Positions 18,135-27,961 of a stretch of 64,000 nt of DNA are shown here, piece by piece. The position numbers and the translations under genes were made by a program. This DNA is from an uncultured Bacteriovoracaceae bacterium (GTDB taxonomy: Bacteria > Desulfobacterota > Desulfomonilia > UBA1062). The stretch spans positions 1,061-65,060 of the forward strand of contig CAZNGL010000002.1 of NCBI GenBank assembly GCA_964572405.1, written 5' to 3'. The first letter of the stretch is position 1, and every line of letters starts with the position of its first letter. Below the pieces are notes generated by a model that saw nothing but the letters and a program-made list of their open reading frames with translations, was not told the DNA's origin and made no database searches.

Positions 18135-19466
18135 TCACGCCTTTCCCGCGTTCTTCGCGGCCGTGATGGCGTTCATCTGGGCCACGGACTCCTCGATGGT
18201 GGCCTTCTCGTTGATGCCCTGCCTCAGGAACCGGGTGATGGCATCGTGGTGGCGGATCGCCGTGTCGATCTCGGGGTTGTTCCCCGCCACGTAGGCGCCG
18301 ATGTTGATGAGGTCGCGTGCCTCCTCGTACACCGCCGACAGGGACAGGATGTCCCTTGCCGACTTCAAGTGCTTTTCATCCACGATGTCGTTCATGACCC
18401 TGCTCACGCTCCTGAGGATGTCGACGGCCGGGTAGTGGGCCCTGGAGGCCAGCTCCCGGGAGAGCACGATGTGTCCGTCCACGATGGACCTCACCGTGTC
18501 TGCCACGGGCTCGGTCATGTCGTCGCCCTCCACGAGCACCGTGTAGAGGCCGGTGATGCTCCCCTTGGACGCGGTGTTGCCGACGCGTTCCAGCAGTTTG
18601 GGCATCTTGGCGAAGCACGACGGGGTATAGCCCTTGGTGGTGGGGGGCTCTCCCACGGCCAGCCCGATCTCCCGCATGGACATGGCGAACCGGGTGATGG
18701 AGTCCATCATGAGGAGGACGTCCTTGCCCTGGTCGCGGAAGTACTCCGCAATGGCCGTGGCGAGGTACGCCCCCCGGATGCGGATCAGGGAGGGCTGGTC
18801 GGATACGGCCGCGACCACCACGGACCGCTTGAGGCCCTCATCGCCCAGGTCCCGCTCCAGGAATTCCTTGACCTCCCTGCCGCGCTCGCCGATGAGCGCG
18901 ATGACGTTCACGTCGGCCTTGGTGTGGCGTGCCATCATGCCCAGGAGCACGCTCTTGCCGACGCCGGAGCCCGCCATGATGGCCATGCGCTGGCCCTTGC
19001 CCACGGTCAGCAGGCCGTTGATGGCCTTGATGCCGAGGTCCAGGGGCGTATCGATGCGCCTCTTCTTCAGGGGGTTGTAGGGGTTGCCGTAGAGCGGCAT
19101 CTCCTGGTCCAGCACCAGCGGTCCCTTGCCGTCCAGGGGTTCGCCCATGCCGTCGATGACCCTGCCCAGCATGTCGCCGCCCACCTTGACCGTGGGCTGC
19201 GATTTCCGGGCGATGATCATGCTGCCCGGCCCGATGCCGCTCAGGTCGCCCAGCGGCATGAGGAGGACCCGCTTGTCGCGGAACCCCACCACCTCCGCCA
19301 TGATGGACTCCCTGCGGGACCGCGAGAATATCTCGCACATGCCGCCCATGGCGCTGCCCGGGCCGTGCCCCTCCACCACCAGGCCCACGATGTTGGTGAC
19401 CTTGCCGCGGACCAGGATGGGGTCCTGCTCCCTGAGCGCCAGGATCTGTCGTCGCAGGTCGATCAT
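18135..19466 (-). CDS. fliI: Flagellum-specific ATP synthase FliI
   Basis: Walker A GSGVGKS, Walker B LLMMDS, T3SS-ATPase family. Start set at MIDLRRQ (ATGA overlap with the fliH stop). The longer 522-aa ORF is an artefact. Confidence 0.9.
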   Translation of the reverse strand: MIDLRRQILALREQDPILVRGKVTNIVGLVVEGHGPGSAMGGMCEIFSRSRRESIMAEVVGFRDKRVLLMPLGDLSGIGPGSMIIARKSQPTVKVGGDMLGRVIDGMGEPLDGKGPLVLDQEMPLYGNPYNPLKKRRIDTPLDLGIKAINGLLTVGKGQRMAIMAGSGVGKSVLLGMMARHTKADVNVIALIGERGREVKEFLERDLGDEGLKRSVVVAAVSDQPSLIRIRGAYLATAIAEYFRDQGKDVLLMMDSITRFAMSMREIGLAVGEPPTTKGYTPSCFAKMPKLLERVGNTASKGSITGLYTVLVEGDDMTEPVADTVRSIVDGHIVLSRELASRAHYPAVDILRSVSRVMNDIVDEKHLKSARDILSLSAVYEEARDLINIGAYVAGNNPEIDTAIRHHDAITRFLRQGINEKATIEESVAQMNAITAAKNAGKA

Positions 19467-20107
19467 TTCTCCAGCACGGCCTCTCTCAGGTGCTCTATCT
19501 GCGAGCGGATGCTCGCATCGATCTCGCCGAACTCGGTGTCGATGATCACACCCCCGCGGTCCAGGGTGGTGTCCTCCACGAAATGCAGGGTGCGCTTGCC
19601 GGTGAGGTGGGTGGACAGGATTCGCTCGATGTCGCGCATGTACTCGAAGTCCGAGGGGTGGAGCCGGATGCGGATCTCCTCGGTCTCGGACAGGTGGGTG
19701 CATGCCTGCCTCACCGTGTCAAGGACGATGTCCGGGGACAGGTTGATCTCGCGGTGGATGATGCGCTCGGCGATGAGGAACAGGATCTCCAGGATCTGGT
19801 CCTGGTGCTTCTCCACGATGAGCTGCCTGATCTTCTTCACTTCCTCCACGGCCTTCGTGAGCGTCTGGAACAGGGGCTCGATCCGCTTGACCGCCATCTT
19901 CTGGCCCTGGGCCTGACCCTGCTCCAGGCCCTTGCGGTAGGCCTCCATCTCGATGGCCTCCTTCTCGGCCCGCGCCCTCTTGAGGATGGCCTCGGCCTGG
20001 GCCTGGGTGTCCTTGAGGCTGGCCTTGGCCTGCATCTCCCTGGCCTTGTACGGGGTGACGCTGGCGTCCCGCGGGTCGCCGCCCCGGATGATCTTAGACG
20101 AGGACAT
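19463..20107 (-). CDS. fliH: Flagellar assembly protein FliH
   Basis: 214 aa with charged coiled-coil N-terminus. Position between fliG and fliI. Confidence 0.7.
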   Translation of the reverse strand: MSSSKIIRGGDPRDASVTPYKAREMQAKASLKDTQAQAEAILKRARAEKEAIEMEAYRKGLEQGQAQGQKMAVKRIEPLFQTLTKAVEEVKKIRQLIVEKHQDQILEILFLIAERIIHREINLSPDIVLDTVRQACTHLSETEEIRIRLHPSDFEYMRDIERILSTHLTGKRTLHFVEDTTLDRGGVIIDTEFGEIDASIRSQIEHLREAVLEK

Positions 20108-21113
20108 CTTCCCCGCCCTTTCCGCCGATGACGATCTTGCCGGCCGCCTCGAGCTTGCGCGCCACGCGCACGATGTTCTGCTGGGCGTTCTCCACGTCCG
20201 AGAGCTTCACCGGGCCCATGGTCTCCATATCCTCCAGGAGCATCTCGGATGCACGCGAAGACATGTTCTTGAGGATGTGGTTCTTGAGCGTCTCGCTGGA
20301 GGTCTTGAGCGCCAGGGAGAGGTCCTCGTTGGTGATCTCCTTGAGGATGGTCTGGATGCCGCGGTTGTCGATGTTGATCAGGTCCTCGAAGACGAACATC
20401 TTCTGGCGGATGGTTTCCGCCAGGTCGGCGTCGATCTCCTCCAGCGAGGCGAAGATGTTGTTCTCGGTATTGTGGTCGAGCTGGTTCATGATCTCGGCAA
20501 CGGTCTCGACGCCGCCGAGTTTCTTGCTCTCCACGCTGCCCATCGCCTCGATCTCCTTCTTGAGCACCTCGTCCACGTCCTCTATGACCCCGGAGGGGAC
20601 CATGCCGAGGTTCGCGATGCGGAAGACGATCTCGTGCTGGAGCTTTTCAGGCATCTCCTTGATGATCTGGGCGACCTTCTGGTGGTCGAGGTGGGCCAGC
20701 ACCAGGGCGATGGTCTGGGGGTGCTCGCCCTTGAGGTAGTCCACCAGGATGGACGGGTCGATGGAACGCAGCGACGAGAAGGCCGCCGTGTCCATGGCCA
20801 GGGAGATGGAGTCCAGGATAGGTTTGGCCTTGTCCTGGCCCAAGGCCGACACGAGGGCATCGCGCAGGTAGGTGATGCCCTTGCCGGTGACGCCGCTCAC
20901 CTCGCCGGAGAGCTGCTCGAATTCGTCCATGATGGTGCGGACCGTGTCCACCGGGATGGTCACGTCCTCGAGGGCTGCCATGCGCCTGCCGAGCAGCATC
21001 ATTTCGTGCTCGGTGAGGCCCTTGAAAATGGCCTGGGTGAAGTCGTCTCCCATTGCCATGAGAAAGATCGCGGCCTTCTGCGGGCCGTCAACCCTCTTGA
21101 GTTTTCCCATCAT
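20094..21113 (-). CDS. fliG: Flagellar motor switch protein FliG
   Basis: 339 aa. FliG N/middle/C domains. Conserved synteny. Confidence 0.85.
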   Translation of the reverse strand: MMGKLKRVDGPQKAAIFLMAMGDDFTQAIFKGLTEHEMMLLGRRMAALEDVTIPVDTVRTIMDEFEQLSGEVSGVTGKGITYLRDALVSALGQDKAKPILDSISLAMDTAAFSSLRSIDPSILVDYLKGEHPQTIALVLAHLDHQKVAQIIKEMPEKLQHEIVFRIANLGMVPSGVIEDVDEVLKKEIEAMGSVESKKLGGVETVAEIMNQLDHNTENNIFASLEEIDADLAETIRQKMFVFEDLINIDNRGIQTILKEITNEDLSLALKTSSETLKNHILKNMSSRASEMLLEDMETMGPVKLSDVENAQQNIVRVARKLEAAGKIVIGGKGGEDVLV

Positions 21114-22729
21114 GCATTCTCCTGCAGCCAGGATTTCACCACCGCCGTGGCGGTGTTCATGTCATTCTTCGTGATGTGCTCGATGGTCTTGCGCTTGCCC
21201 TGCACGGCCCGCTTCATCTCGTCGCTCTTGGCCACGGCCTCGATCTGCGGAATCTCCTCGCCGCCTTCCAGCAGCTCGCGGTCCTCTGCCGGAATCCCCC
21301 GCTCATGGACGTGGACGCGCTCCACCACCCGGCCGGACCTGGTGGTGAGCCACTTGAGCAGCGGCCGTATGACCAGGAAGAGCACCAGCAGGATCGCGAG
21401 GAAGGCGAGCGTGTACTTCACCAGGGTCATGATGAGCTCCCGGTTCTTTTCCAGGGTGGACATGGCGGCGACGTCGGTGTCGTCCTGGGCGAACGGCATG
21501 CAGGACACCGAGATGAGGTCTTCCCGGTCCGCGTTGAACCCCACCGCGTTCTTCACCGCGTTCTCGATCTCCCTGAGCTCGGAGGCCTGCCGGGCCACGA
21601 ACAGCTTGTTGCCGTCCTTGTCGGTCTTGTACGTCCCGTCCACCACCACGGACACCGTCAATTTCTTGACTTCGCCCGGGGAGTAGATGCGTTCCGTCTG
21701 GTTCCTGCCGATCTCGTAGTTCCGCACGATGGACCCGGCGCCCGCGGCATCCTGGCCCGGGACCGCCTCGGGGCCGCCCCTGCCCGTGGGGAGGTTCGAC
21801 GGCGTGCCCGCGGCGCCCTGGGTGTCACCCCGGGCCGCTGCATACTGGTTCTTGAGCTCCTCGGAACGCACCACGTGGATCTCGGGGTCGTACATGTCCT
21901 GGACGCTCTTGACCATGTCCATGTTCACGTCAGCGCTCACCTTCACCACGGCGGCGTTCGGACCCACGATCTTTTCCAGGAGGTCCTCGGAGCGTTCCTG
22001 CAGCTGGTGCTCGATGGCCCTCTTGAACTCGAGGCGGTCGCTGGCCATGGTGACCGAGTCGGAGTCCTTCTTCCCCTCGTAGAGGACCCTTCCCCTGATG
22101 TCCACGATGCTGATGTTCTCGGGATCGAGCCCCCGGATGCTCTTCTCCACCAGGTACACGATGCCCTGTACCCGGGAGGGACCCATCTGCATGCCGGGCT
22201 TTGCCCGGATGACGATGGATGCCTTGGCGGGCTTCTCGTCCTCGATGAAGATGCTCTCCTTGGGCATGGCGATGTGGACCCGTGCGAACTCGACCTCTTC
22301 CAGGGACATGATAGTGTTGGCCAGCTCGTTCTGCAGGGCCCGCTGGTAGTTGATCTTCTGCACGAACTCGGAGGTGGCGAATCCGGTCTCGTCGAACAGC
22401 GCGAAGCCCTTGTCCGTGCCCCCCTTGGGGATGCCCTCGGCGGCCAGCGTCAGGCGCGTCTCGTAGACGTTCTCCTCAGGGATCATGACGGCGGTCCCGC
22501 CCTTGGTGAGGCGGTAGGGGATGCGGTCGTCCTTGAGGCGCTGCACCACCAGGGACGCGTCCTGCTCGTTCAGGTTCGTGAACAGGTACTGGTACTTCGG
22601 CGCGGTGGCCCACATGATGCTCACCGCGATGACCGCAAGGGCCATGGCGCTCACGGCCACGAGGCCGATCCGCTGGCCCATGCTCATGGCGGTGAATTTG
22701 GCCGGAAGCTGTTTTACGAGGTTCATCAT
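21110..22729 (-). CDS. fliF: Flagellar M-ring protein FliF
   Basis: 539 aa. N- and C-terminal TM helices. ATGA overlap with fliG. Confidence 0.85.
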   Translation of the reverse strand: MMNLVKQLPAKFTAMSMGQRIGLVAVSAMALAVIAVSIMWATAPKYQYLFTNLNEQDASLVVQRLKDDRIPYRLTKGGTAVMIPEENVYETRLTLAAEGIPKGGTDKGFALFDETGFATSEFVQKINYQRALQNELANTIMSLEEVEFARVHIAMPKESIFIEDEKPAKASIVIRAKPGMQMGPSRVQGIVYLVEKSIRGLDPENISIVDIRGRVLYEGKKDSDSVTMASDRLEFKRAIEHQLQERSEDLLEKIVGPNAAVVKVSADVNMDMVKSVQDMYDPEIHVVRSEELKNQYAAARGDTQGAAGTPSNLPTGRGGPEAVPGQDAAGAGSIVRNYEIGRNQTERIYSPGEVKKLTVSVVVDGTYKTDKDGNKLFVARQASELREIENAVKNAVGFNADREDLISVSCMPFAQDDTDVAAMSTLEKNRELIMTLVKYTLAFLAILLVLFLVIRPLLKWLTTRSGRVVERVHVHERGIPAEDRELLEGGEEIPQIEAVAKSDEMKRAVQGKRKTIEHITKNDMNTATAVVKSWLQENA

Positions 22730-22731
22730 GG

Positions 22732-23022
22732 CTAGCTCAACCTCTTCAGCTCGTTGAAGCCTTCAATGAGCTTGTTGGTCATGGTCACCATGAGGCGCAG
22801 CGTGATATCGGTCTTCTGCATGGCGATCATGGCCTCGTGGATGCTCGGTGCCCTGCCGGACGAGAGGTCTGTTGCCATCTGCTCGGACTCCTTTGCCTGT
22901 CGGTTGACGGAGTCGATGGCTTCCCTCAGGGTTTCCATGAACGTTCCGCCCTTTCCGGAGGGCTTGTCCTTGGCAGGGGTGAACGGACCGGTCAGGGTGA
23001 AATCAGGCTTGTCGATGCGCAT
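22732..23022 (-). CDS. fliE: Flagellar hook-basal body protein FliE
   Basis: 96 aa. Synteny flgB-flgC-fliE-fliF. Confidence 0.75.
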   Translation of the reverse strand: MRIDKPDFTLTGPFTPAKDKPSGKGGTFMETLREAIDSVNRQAKESEQMATDLSSGRAPSIHEAMIAMQKTDITLRLMVTMTNKLIEGFNELKRLS

Positions 23023-23024
23023 GA

Positions 23025-23426
23025 CTACCTCCCGATCTGCAGCGCCTTGAGCGCCATGTCCTTCTGTGATTTCACGGCGATGGAGTTCGCCTCGAAGGCC
23101 CTGGCTGCGTTCATCATGTTCACCATCTCCTCCATGAGGTTCACGTTGGGCATGGTGACATAGCCCTGTTCGTCCGCGTCAGGGTTGCCCGGGTCGTAAA
23201 TGCGCTCCCCCGGGGTGGTGTTCACGGCGATCTCCTGAACATCCACGCTCGAAAGGGCATCCTTGAAGGACCGTTCCCGCAGGATCACGTCCCTGCGCTG
23301 GTAGGGACCGCCTTCGGGGGTCCTGGTGGTGCGGGCGTTCGCGATGTTGCTGGAAATGACGTTCATCCTGGTGCGCTGGGCCCTCAGGCCGCTCGCGCTG
23401 ATGTCCATGGCGGTGAAAAGGTCCAT
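23025..23426 (-). CDS. flgC: Flagellar basal-body rod protein FlgC
   Basis: 133 aa. N-terminal SNIANANT-like rod motif (SSNIANARTTRTPEGGPYQRR). Confidence 0.85.
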   Translation of the reverse strand: MDLFTAMDISASGLRAQRTRMNVISSNIANARTTRTPEGGPYQRRDVILRERSFKDALSSVDVQEIAVNTTPGERIYDPGNPDADEQGYVTMPNVNLMEEMVNMMNAARAFEANSIAVKSQKDMALKALQIGR

Positions 23427-23809
23427 TACCTGATACCTCCTATCACGTTCCTGAGCCCCTCGAACTTTCTGGTGAGGATTTCCGCCGAAGCATTGTACAG
23501 GAGCTGGTTCTGGCTGAGCTTCATCATCTCCCGGTCGATATCCACGGTGTTGGCGTCGTTCCCGATGCGGGAGTATGGGTCGACCACGGTCCTGTACAGG
23601 GGCCTGCCCGGCGACTCCTTCATGTGGGCGGTGTCGGTGACGGTCATCTTCAGCCGGGAATCCAGCTCCTTCTCGAACGTGGCCTCCCTGGCCTTGTAGC
23701 CGGGAGTGTCCGCATTGGCGATGTTGCTGGAGATGACCTCCTGGCGATAGGTCCGGTACGTCATGTGATCCGTCACTTCCGGGATGATCTTTCCGAAGAT
23801 GTCGCCCAT
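23426..23809 (-). CDS. flgB: Flagellar basal-body rod protein FlgB
   Basis: Start placed at the second ATG (MGDIFG) because an AGGAGAGAGG RBS precedes it. SSNIANADTPGYKA rod motif. Confidence 0.8.
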   Translation of the reverse strand: MGDIFGKIIPEVTDHMTYRTYRQEVISSNIANADTPGYKAREATFEKELDSRLKMTVTDTAHMKESPGRPLYRTVVDPYSRIGNDANTVDIDREMMKLSQNQLLYNASAEILTRKFEGLRNVIGGIR

Positions 23810-23833
23810 ATCCTCTCTCCTCATGCCATTGAA

Positions 23834-23849
23834 AGCAATTGTCGTACCA
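23834..23849 (-). promoter_or_regulatory. Sigma-54 (-24/-12) promoter for the flgB operon
   Basis: Minus-strand TGGTACGACAATTGCT matches TGGCACG-N4-TTGCW with GG and GC correctly spaced. It lies about 25 nt upstream of the flgB ATG and downstream of a sigma-54 activator gene. Confidence 0.5.
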
Positions 23850-23870
23850 AGGGTGCGTACGGGAAAAGTG

Positions 23871-25214
23871 CTAGGAATCTTCAGGGTTGCAGCCTGCGGG
23901 GTCCCCGGGGAAATCGTCAGAAATTTGACCTCCCCTGGTGTATTCGTTGAGCTTGTTCCGCAGGGTCCTGATGCTGATGCCCAGGAGTGTGGCGGCCTTG
24001 GTCCTGTTGCCGGCCACCTTTTGAAGGGTCGAGTATATCAGGCGTTTTTCCATGTCGTGGATGGTGGTTCCCGCTTCGGGCAGGGCTAGGGCATCCCCCA
24101 TGGACATGCCGTCCACATGGACGTGCTCCGGCGAGATGGTGTCCCCCTCGGTGAGGATCATGGCCCGCTCGATGACGTTCTCCATTTCCCGTACATTGCC
24201 CGGCCAGGAATACTTCAGGAGGGCATCTTTTGCCTGTGTGCTGAGCACTTTTTCCGGCATGCCCTCGCGGGCGGCGATCTTCCTGACAAAATGGGTCGCC
24301 AGCGGCAGGATGTCGTCCCTGCGGTCCCTCAAAGGGGGCACCGTGATGGGTATGACGTTCAGGCGGTAGAACAGGTCGTTCCGGAACCGGCCCGCCTTGA
24401 TTTCTGATGCGATGTCGCGGTTGGTGGTGGAGATAACCCGGAAATCCACCTTGACGGGGATCTTCCCCCCCACGCGGTCGATCTGGCGTTCCTGGAGGAC
24501 CCTGAGCAGCTTGGCCTGCAGAGCGTACCCGATCTCGGTAACCTCGTCCAGCAGGATGGTGCCGCCGTCGGCCTGTTCGAACCTGCCCACCCTTGTCGCA
24601 TAGGCCCCGGTGAACGCCCCCTTCTCGTACCCGAAGAGCTCGCTTTCCAGGAGCGTCTCGGGGATGGCGGCCAGGTTGATCCCCACGTAGGGGCCTGTCC
24701 GCCTCCTGCTCAGCGCATGGATGGTCCGCGCGATGACCTCCTTGCCCGTGCCCGATTCCCCCATGATGAGCACCGGCGCCTGGGTGGGGGCGACCTTGCG
24801 GATGACCTCCATGATCCGCCCCATGGCGGCATCCGCCACCACGAAGGGGGTCTCTGCCTGAGCCTGCCGGGCCTGCCCGGGTGTGCCCAGGGCCTGGATG
24901 ACCTGGACGATCTCCTCGGCCCTGAAGGGCTTGCGCAGGAAGTGCGAGGCGCCGGCCTTCAGGCACGCAGAGCCGTCGGACGCGCCGATGGCGATGATCT
25001 CGATGGTGTCGTAGACCTGCTTGGTCCCCTCCACCACGTCGACGAATTCGTCGGAGATGATGGCGATGGAGTGCTGCCCGGGGTTGATGACCTCGAGGAA
25101 CTTGTCCTTGCTGGTGTACGGACAGGGGGACTCGCCGGTCTCTGCGATGAGTTCGGCCAGGAGGTTGGCGGTTTCCTTGTCAGTGTCCAGGATGGCGATA
25201 CCCATGGCGCTCAC
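23871..25214 (-). CDS. Sigma-54-dependent transcriptional activator with atypical N-terminal receiver-like domain (FleQ/FlrA-like flagellar master regulator)
   Basis: AAA+ sigma-54 interaction domain ([15 protein letters not shown], the arginine-finger region). C-terminal Fis-type HTH. N-terminal domain lacks the canonical DD...D...K receiver signature. GTG/ATG start at 25214/25205 abutting the TPR gene stop. Confidence 0.8.
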   Translation of the reverse strand: MSAMGIAILDTDKETANLLAELIAETGESPCPYTSKDKFLEVINPGQHSIAIISDEFVDVVEGTKQVYDTIEIIAIGASDGSACLKAGASHFLRKPFRAEEIVQVIQALGTPGQARQAQAETPFVVADAAMGRIMEVIRKVAPTQAPVLIMGESGTGKEVIARTIHALSRRRTGPYVGINLAAIPETLLESELFGYEKGAFTGAYATRVGRFEQADGGTILLDEVTEIGYALQAKLLRVLQERQIDRVGGKIPVKVDFRVISTTNRDIASEIKAGRFRNDLFYRLNVIPITVPPLRDRRDDILPLATHFVRKIAAREGMPEKVLSTQAKDALLKYSWPGNVREMENVIERAMILTEGDTISPEHVHVDGMSMGDALALPEAGTTIHDMEKRLIYSTLQKVAGNRTKAATLLGISIRTLRNKLNEYTRGGQISDDFPGDPAGCNPEDS

Positions 25215-27847
25215 TGTCTCTCCGATCGTGGTTTCGTCGCCTCGTATCCCTCGAGATCCTTGTCCAGCTCGATTTCGGCGGACAGTGCCCGGGCTGCGGA
25301 GAGCAGGACGGGGTCCTTGCTGATCCGCGATATGTTGATGAGGATCTCCCTGGCCTTCCCGCGATCCCCCCGGGTGCCGGCGATGCCGGCGAGGTGGTAC
25401 ATGGCCCAGTGCGCGTGGGCCGATCTTGGGTAGGCGTCCAGCAGCGCCTGGTAGAGCGATCGGGCCCGTTCGAGGTCACCGGTCTTCCTCAGCTGGTTCG
25501 CCCTGAGGTAGAGGGCCTCCTCGATGACGGGCGAGACCCTGTCCGGATGGTAGGAGATGATCCTGTCCAGGGTCTGCCGCTGTTTCTCAGGCATGTCCAG
25601 CCTGCGGTAAGCGTCGTTGAGGAACGACAGGGACTGCAGGGCCAGCGGCCCTTTCCCGTCGGCGGAGGCCTCGAGGTACGGCAGGCATGCGGTGAGGCTG
25701 CCCAGACGATACAGCGCCTCGCCCCGCCGCTCCTTCATGTACCCGGAATCCCTTCCCGACGGGTAGGAGCTCTGGTACAGGGTGTTCCAGATGAGGGCCT
25801 CCTCGTAGCGCTCCTGCTTCATGTCGATGGTGAAGAGCAGCACGTAGGCCTGCTCCTTGTAGACGGAATCGCCCCTGATGGAGAGGTCCAGCATGGAGCG
25901 TGCCGCCTTGAGATCCCCCCTGCGGTTCAGGGTGTCTCCGATGATGAACAGGGCGGCGCTGTCCTGCAGCTCCTTGATGAAGGTATCCTTGTACCGCGCG
26001 TAGATGGCGTATATCTGGTCATGGCGTGAATCCCGGTACAGGACGCGGACCCGCTCCATGATGCTCCTGAGTGCCTCCACCTGGGCATAGTGGTGGATGG
26101 TGTCACCCTTTTTCGAGCCTTTCCACACCTCGAGGTAGGTGTCCAGGGCCTGTTCCCAGTCCCCGTGCCTGGCATATGCCTGGGCGATCCGGACCTTCAC
26201 GAGGGAGGCGAGGGACTTGTCCCTGAACTCCTCCGTGGTCTTCAGGGACTCGTAGATGTCCATGACCTCGTTGAAGGCCCTGTCGGGGAGCATGCCGCGC
26301 TCGTCCGTGTTTTTCTCCACGATGATCCGCGCGGTCTTGAGCTTGGCGATGACCAGGCTGTCGCCCCCGGGCGCCAGGGACTCCACCTGGGAGAAGACCA
26401 CCGCGGCGCCGTCCTTTTCCCCGAGCTGATACAGGCTGTCTCCCAGCATGAGGAGGTGGCTCTGCCGCTCGGCATTGTCACCCAGATTGAAGGCGCGGGT
26501 GAGGATGTCCCGGGCCTGGACGAAGTCGCCCATCTTGAACGCAGCCTGGCCCATGCGCGCATGGATGCCCGGATCCCGGCGGGGATAGGACGGATCCTGG
26601 GCGAGGGCCTGCCGGTACAGATCCAGCGCCCTGGGGTAGTCGTTCAGCCCGAGGTAGGTGTCGGCCAGCACGGCCAGGTGCATCGGCCTGAGGGCTACGG
26701 GAAGGTCTCCTTCGCCGAGACCCATCATGAGGCGCTTGTTTGCCGCGTACGCATCCTGGTGGGACCCTGCCCGGTTCAGGATGACCATCTCGCAGAGGGC
26801 GGCTTCGGTCCTGATGCGCGTGTCGGAGGATTCCAAGAGCTGCTTGACCAGCGGTGAGGCCCCTGCATGATTCCCGGCGCGGATGAGCATGGAGCCGTAC
26901 TCCAGCATGGCCTCCTCGCGGCCGCGGCCTTCGGGCATGTCCTGCACCGCATCCCTCATCAGGGACAGGGCCCTGTTCGACGTTTCCCCCATCCGGTAGG
27001 GAAAGGCCCGCGCCCAGGTGGCCCGCGCCAGGAGGATCTTCTCCTCGGGGGTGAGCGTCTGCAGGCGGGGCTGGAGCAGGGAGACGACCCCGGCGCTGTT
27101 TCCCGCTGCCAGGAGCTGTTCGGCCGCCCGGCGGCGGATCCCGGAAGACTCCGGGGTCTCCTTCAGGTCCATGTCGAAGATGATCCGCCTTCTGCCGGTC
27201 TCGACCCTGGTGCCCTTCAGCGAATACCCGGGTGCCAGGGAGAGGGTCAGCGTCGTGCCGGGCTCCATCCTGGTGAGCCGGACGAAAGTGAGCTGGGGAG
27301 TGCCCTGGAGCAGCCGTTCCATGTCCTGGCATGCGATCGTTCCGCCAAAGGTGATGAAGACGGTGCCCGCCTTGGTGGCACGGACTTCGGGCATGGCCGT
27401 ATCGCTGAGCACCATGGCCACGCTGAGATCCTCCTTGCCCTGGACCGTGTCGAAACGCCGGATGGGGCAGGGGATCTCCGCCTCGGCCGGCCCCCGCTCC
27501 GTCACGTCGATGATGAACCGGGTGGGCATCTGTTTGAAGGTGGCCGTGTAGGTGAAGGGCTTCTTGATGGTAATGACCGCACGGGTGCCGTCAAAGGAGA
27601 GGCTCTGGATCAGGAACCGGTCCTGGATGCTCTGTGGCTCCGCGACAGTGTGGGGAAAATTGACGATCAGCGTCTGGTTTTGCTCTGAGACGTCGGGGCT
27701 GATGGTATGGACCGCCTTGATGAAGAAGACGATGCGGGTGCCTGTGGAGGAGGCCCCGACCAGGACGTCTCCGGCTCCCGCCGGGCCTGCGGAGATGAGG
27801 ATCGCGCAGATGACCGGCATGGCATGCCGGAGCATCGCTGTGAGCAT
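25211..27847 (-). CDS. Large secreted tetratricopeptide-repeat (TPR) protein
   Basis: About 880 aa. Signal peptide (MLRHAMPVICAILISAGPAGAG). Repeated TPR-like AxxxY/LG helices throughout. Start ambiguous (ATG 27847/27835/27820; the track ORF begins with TTG 27895). Confidence 0.6.
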   Translation of the reverse strand: MLTAMLRHAMPVICAILISAGPAGAGDVLVGASSTGTRIVFFIKAVHTISPDVSEQNQTLIVNFPHTVAEPQSIQDRFLIQSLSFDGTRAVITIKKPFTYTATFKQMPTRFIIDVTERGPAEAEIPCPIRRFDTVQGKEDLSVAMVLSDTAMPEVRATKAGTVFITFGGTIACQDMERLLQGTPQLTFVRLTRMEPGTTLTLSLAPGYSLKGTRVETGRRRIIFDMDLKETPESSGIRRRAAEQLLAAGNSAGVVSLLQPRLQTLTPEEKILLARATWARAFPYRMGETSNRALSLMRDAVQDMPEGRGREEAMLEYGSMLIRAGNHAGASPLVKQLLESSDTRIRTEAALCEMVILNRAGSHQDAYAANKRLMMGLGEGDLPVALRPMHLAVLADTYLGLNDYPRALDLYRQALAQDPSYPRRDPGIHARMGQAAFKMGDFVQARDILTRAFNLGDNAERQSHLLMLGDSLYQLGEKDGAAVVFSQVESLAPGGDSLVIAKLKTARIIVEKNTDERGMLPDRAFNEVMDIYESLKTTEEFRDKSLASLVKVRIAQAYARHGDWEQALDTYLEVWKGSKKGDTIHHYAQVEALRSIMERVRVLYRDSRHDQIYAIYARYKDTFIKELQDSAALFIIGDTLNRRGDLKAARSMLDLSIRGDSVYKEQAYVLLFTIDMKQERYEEALIWNTLYQSSYPSGRDSGYMKERRGEALYRLGSLTACLPYLEASADGKGPLALQSLSFLNDAYRRLDMPEKQRQTLDRIISYHPDRVSPVIEEALYLRANQLRKTGDLERARSLYQALLDAYPRSAHAHWAMYHLAGIAGTRGDRGKAREILINISRISKDPVLLSAARALSAEIELDKDLEGYEATKPRSERQ

Positions 27848-27961
27848 GGGCGGTATGGGTCTTTTGTTCTTCACCGCAGGAGAGAAATACAACAACCATG
27901 CCAGTGACAGGGACCGGACATACCGCCGACGGGTTCCGCCCGGGGGGTGGTACTTCAGGGC

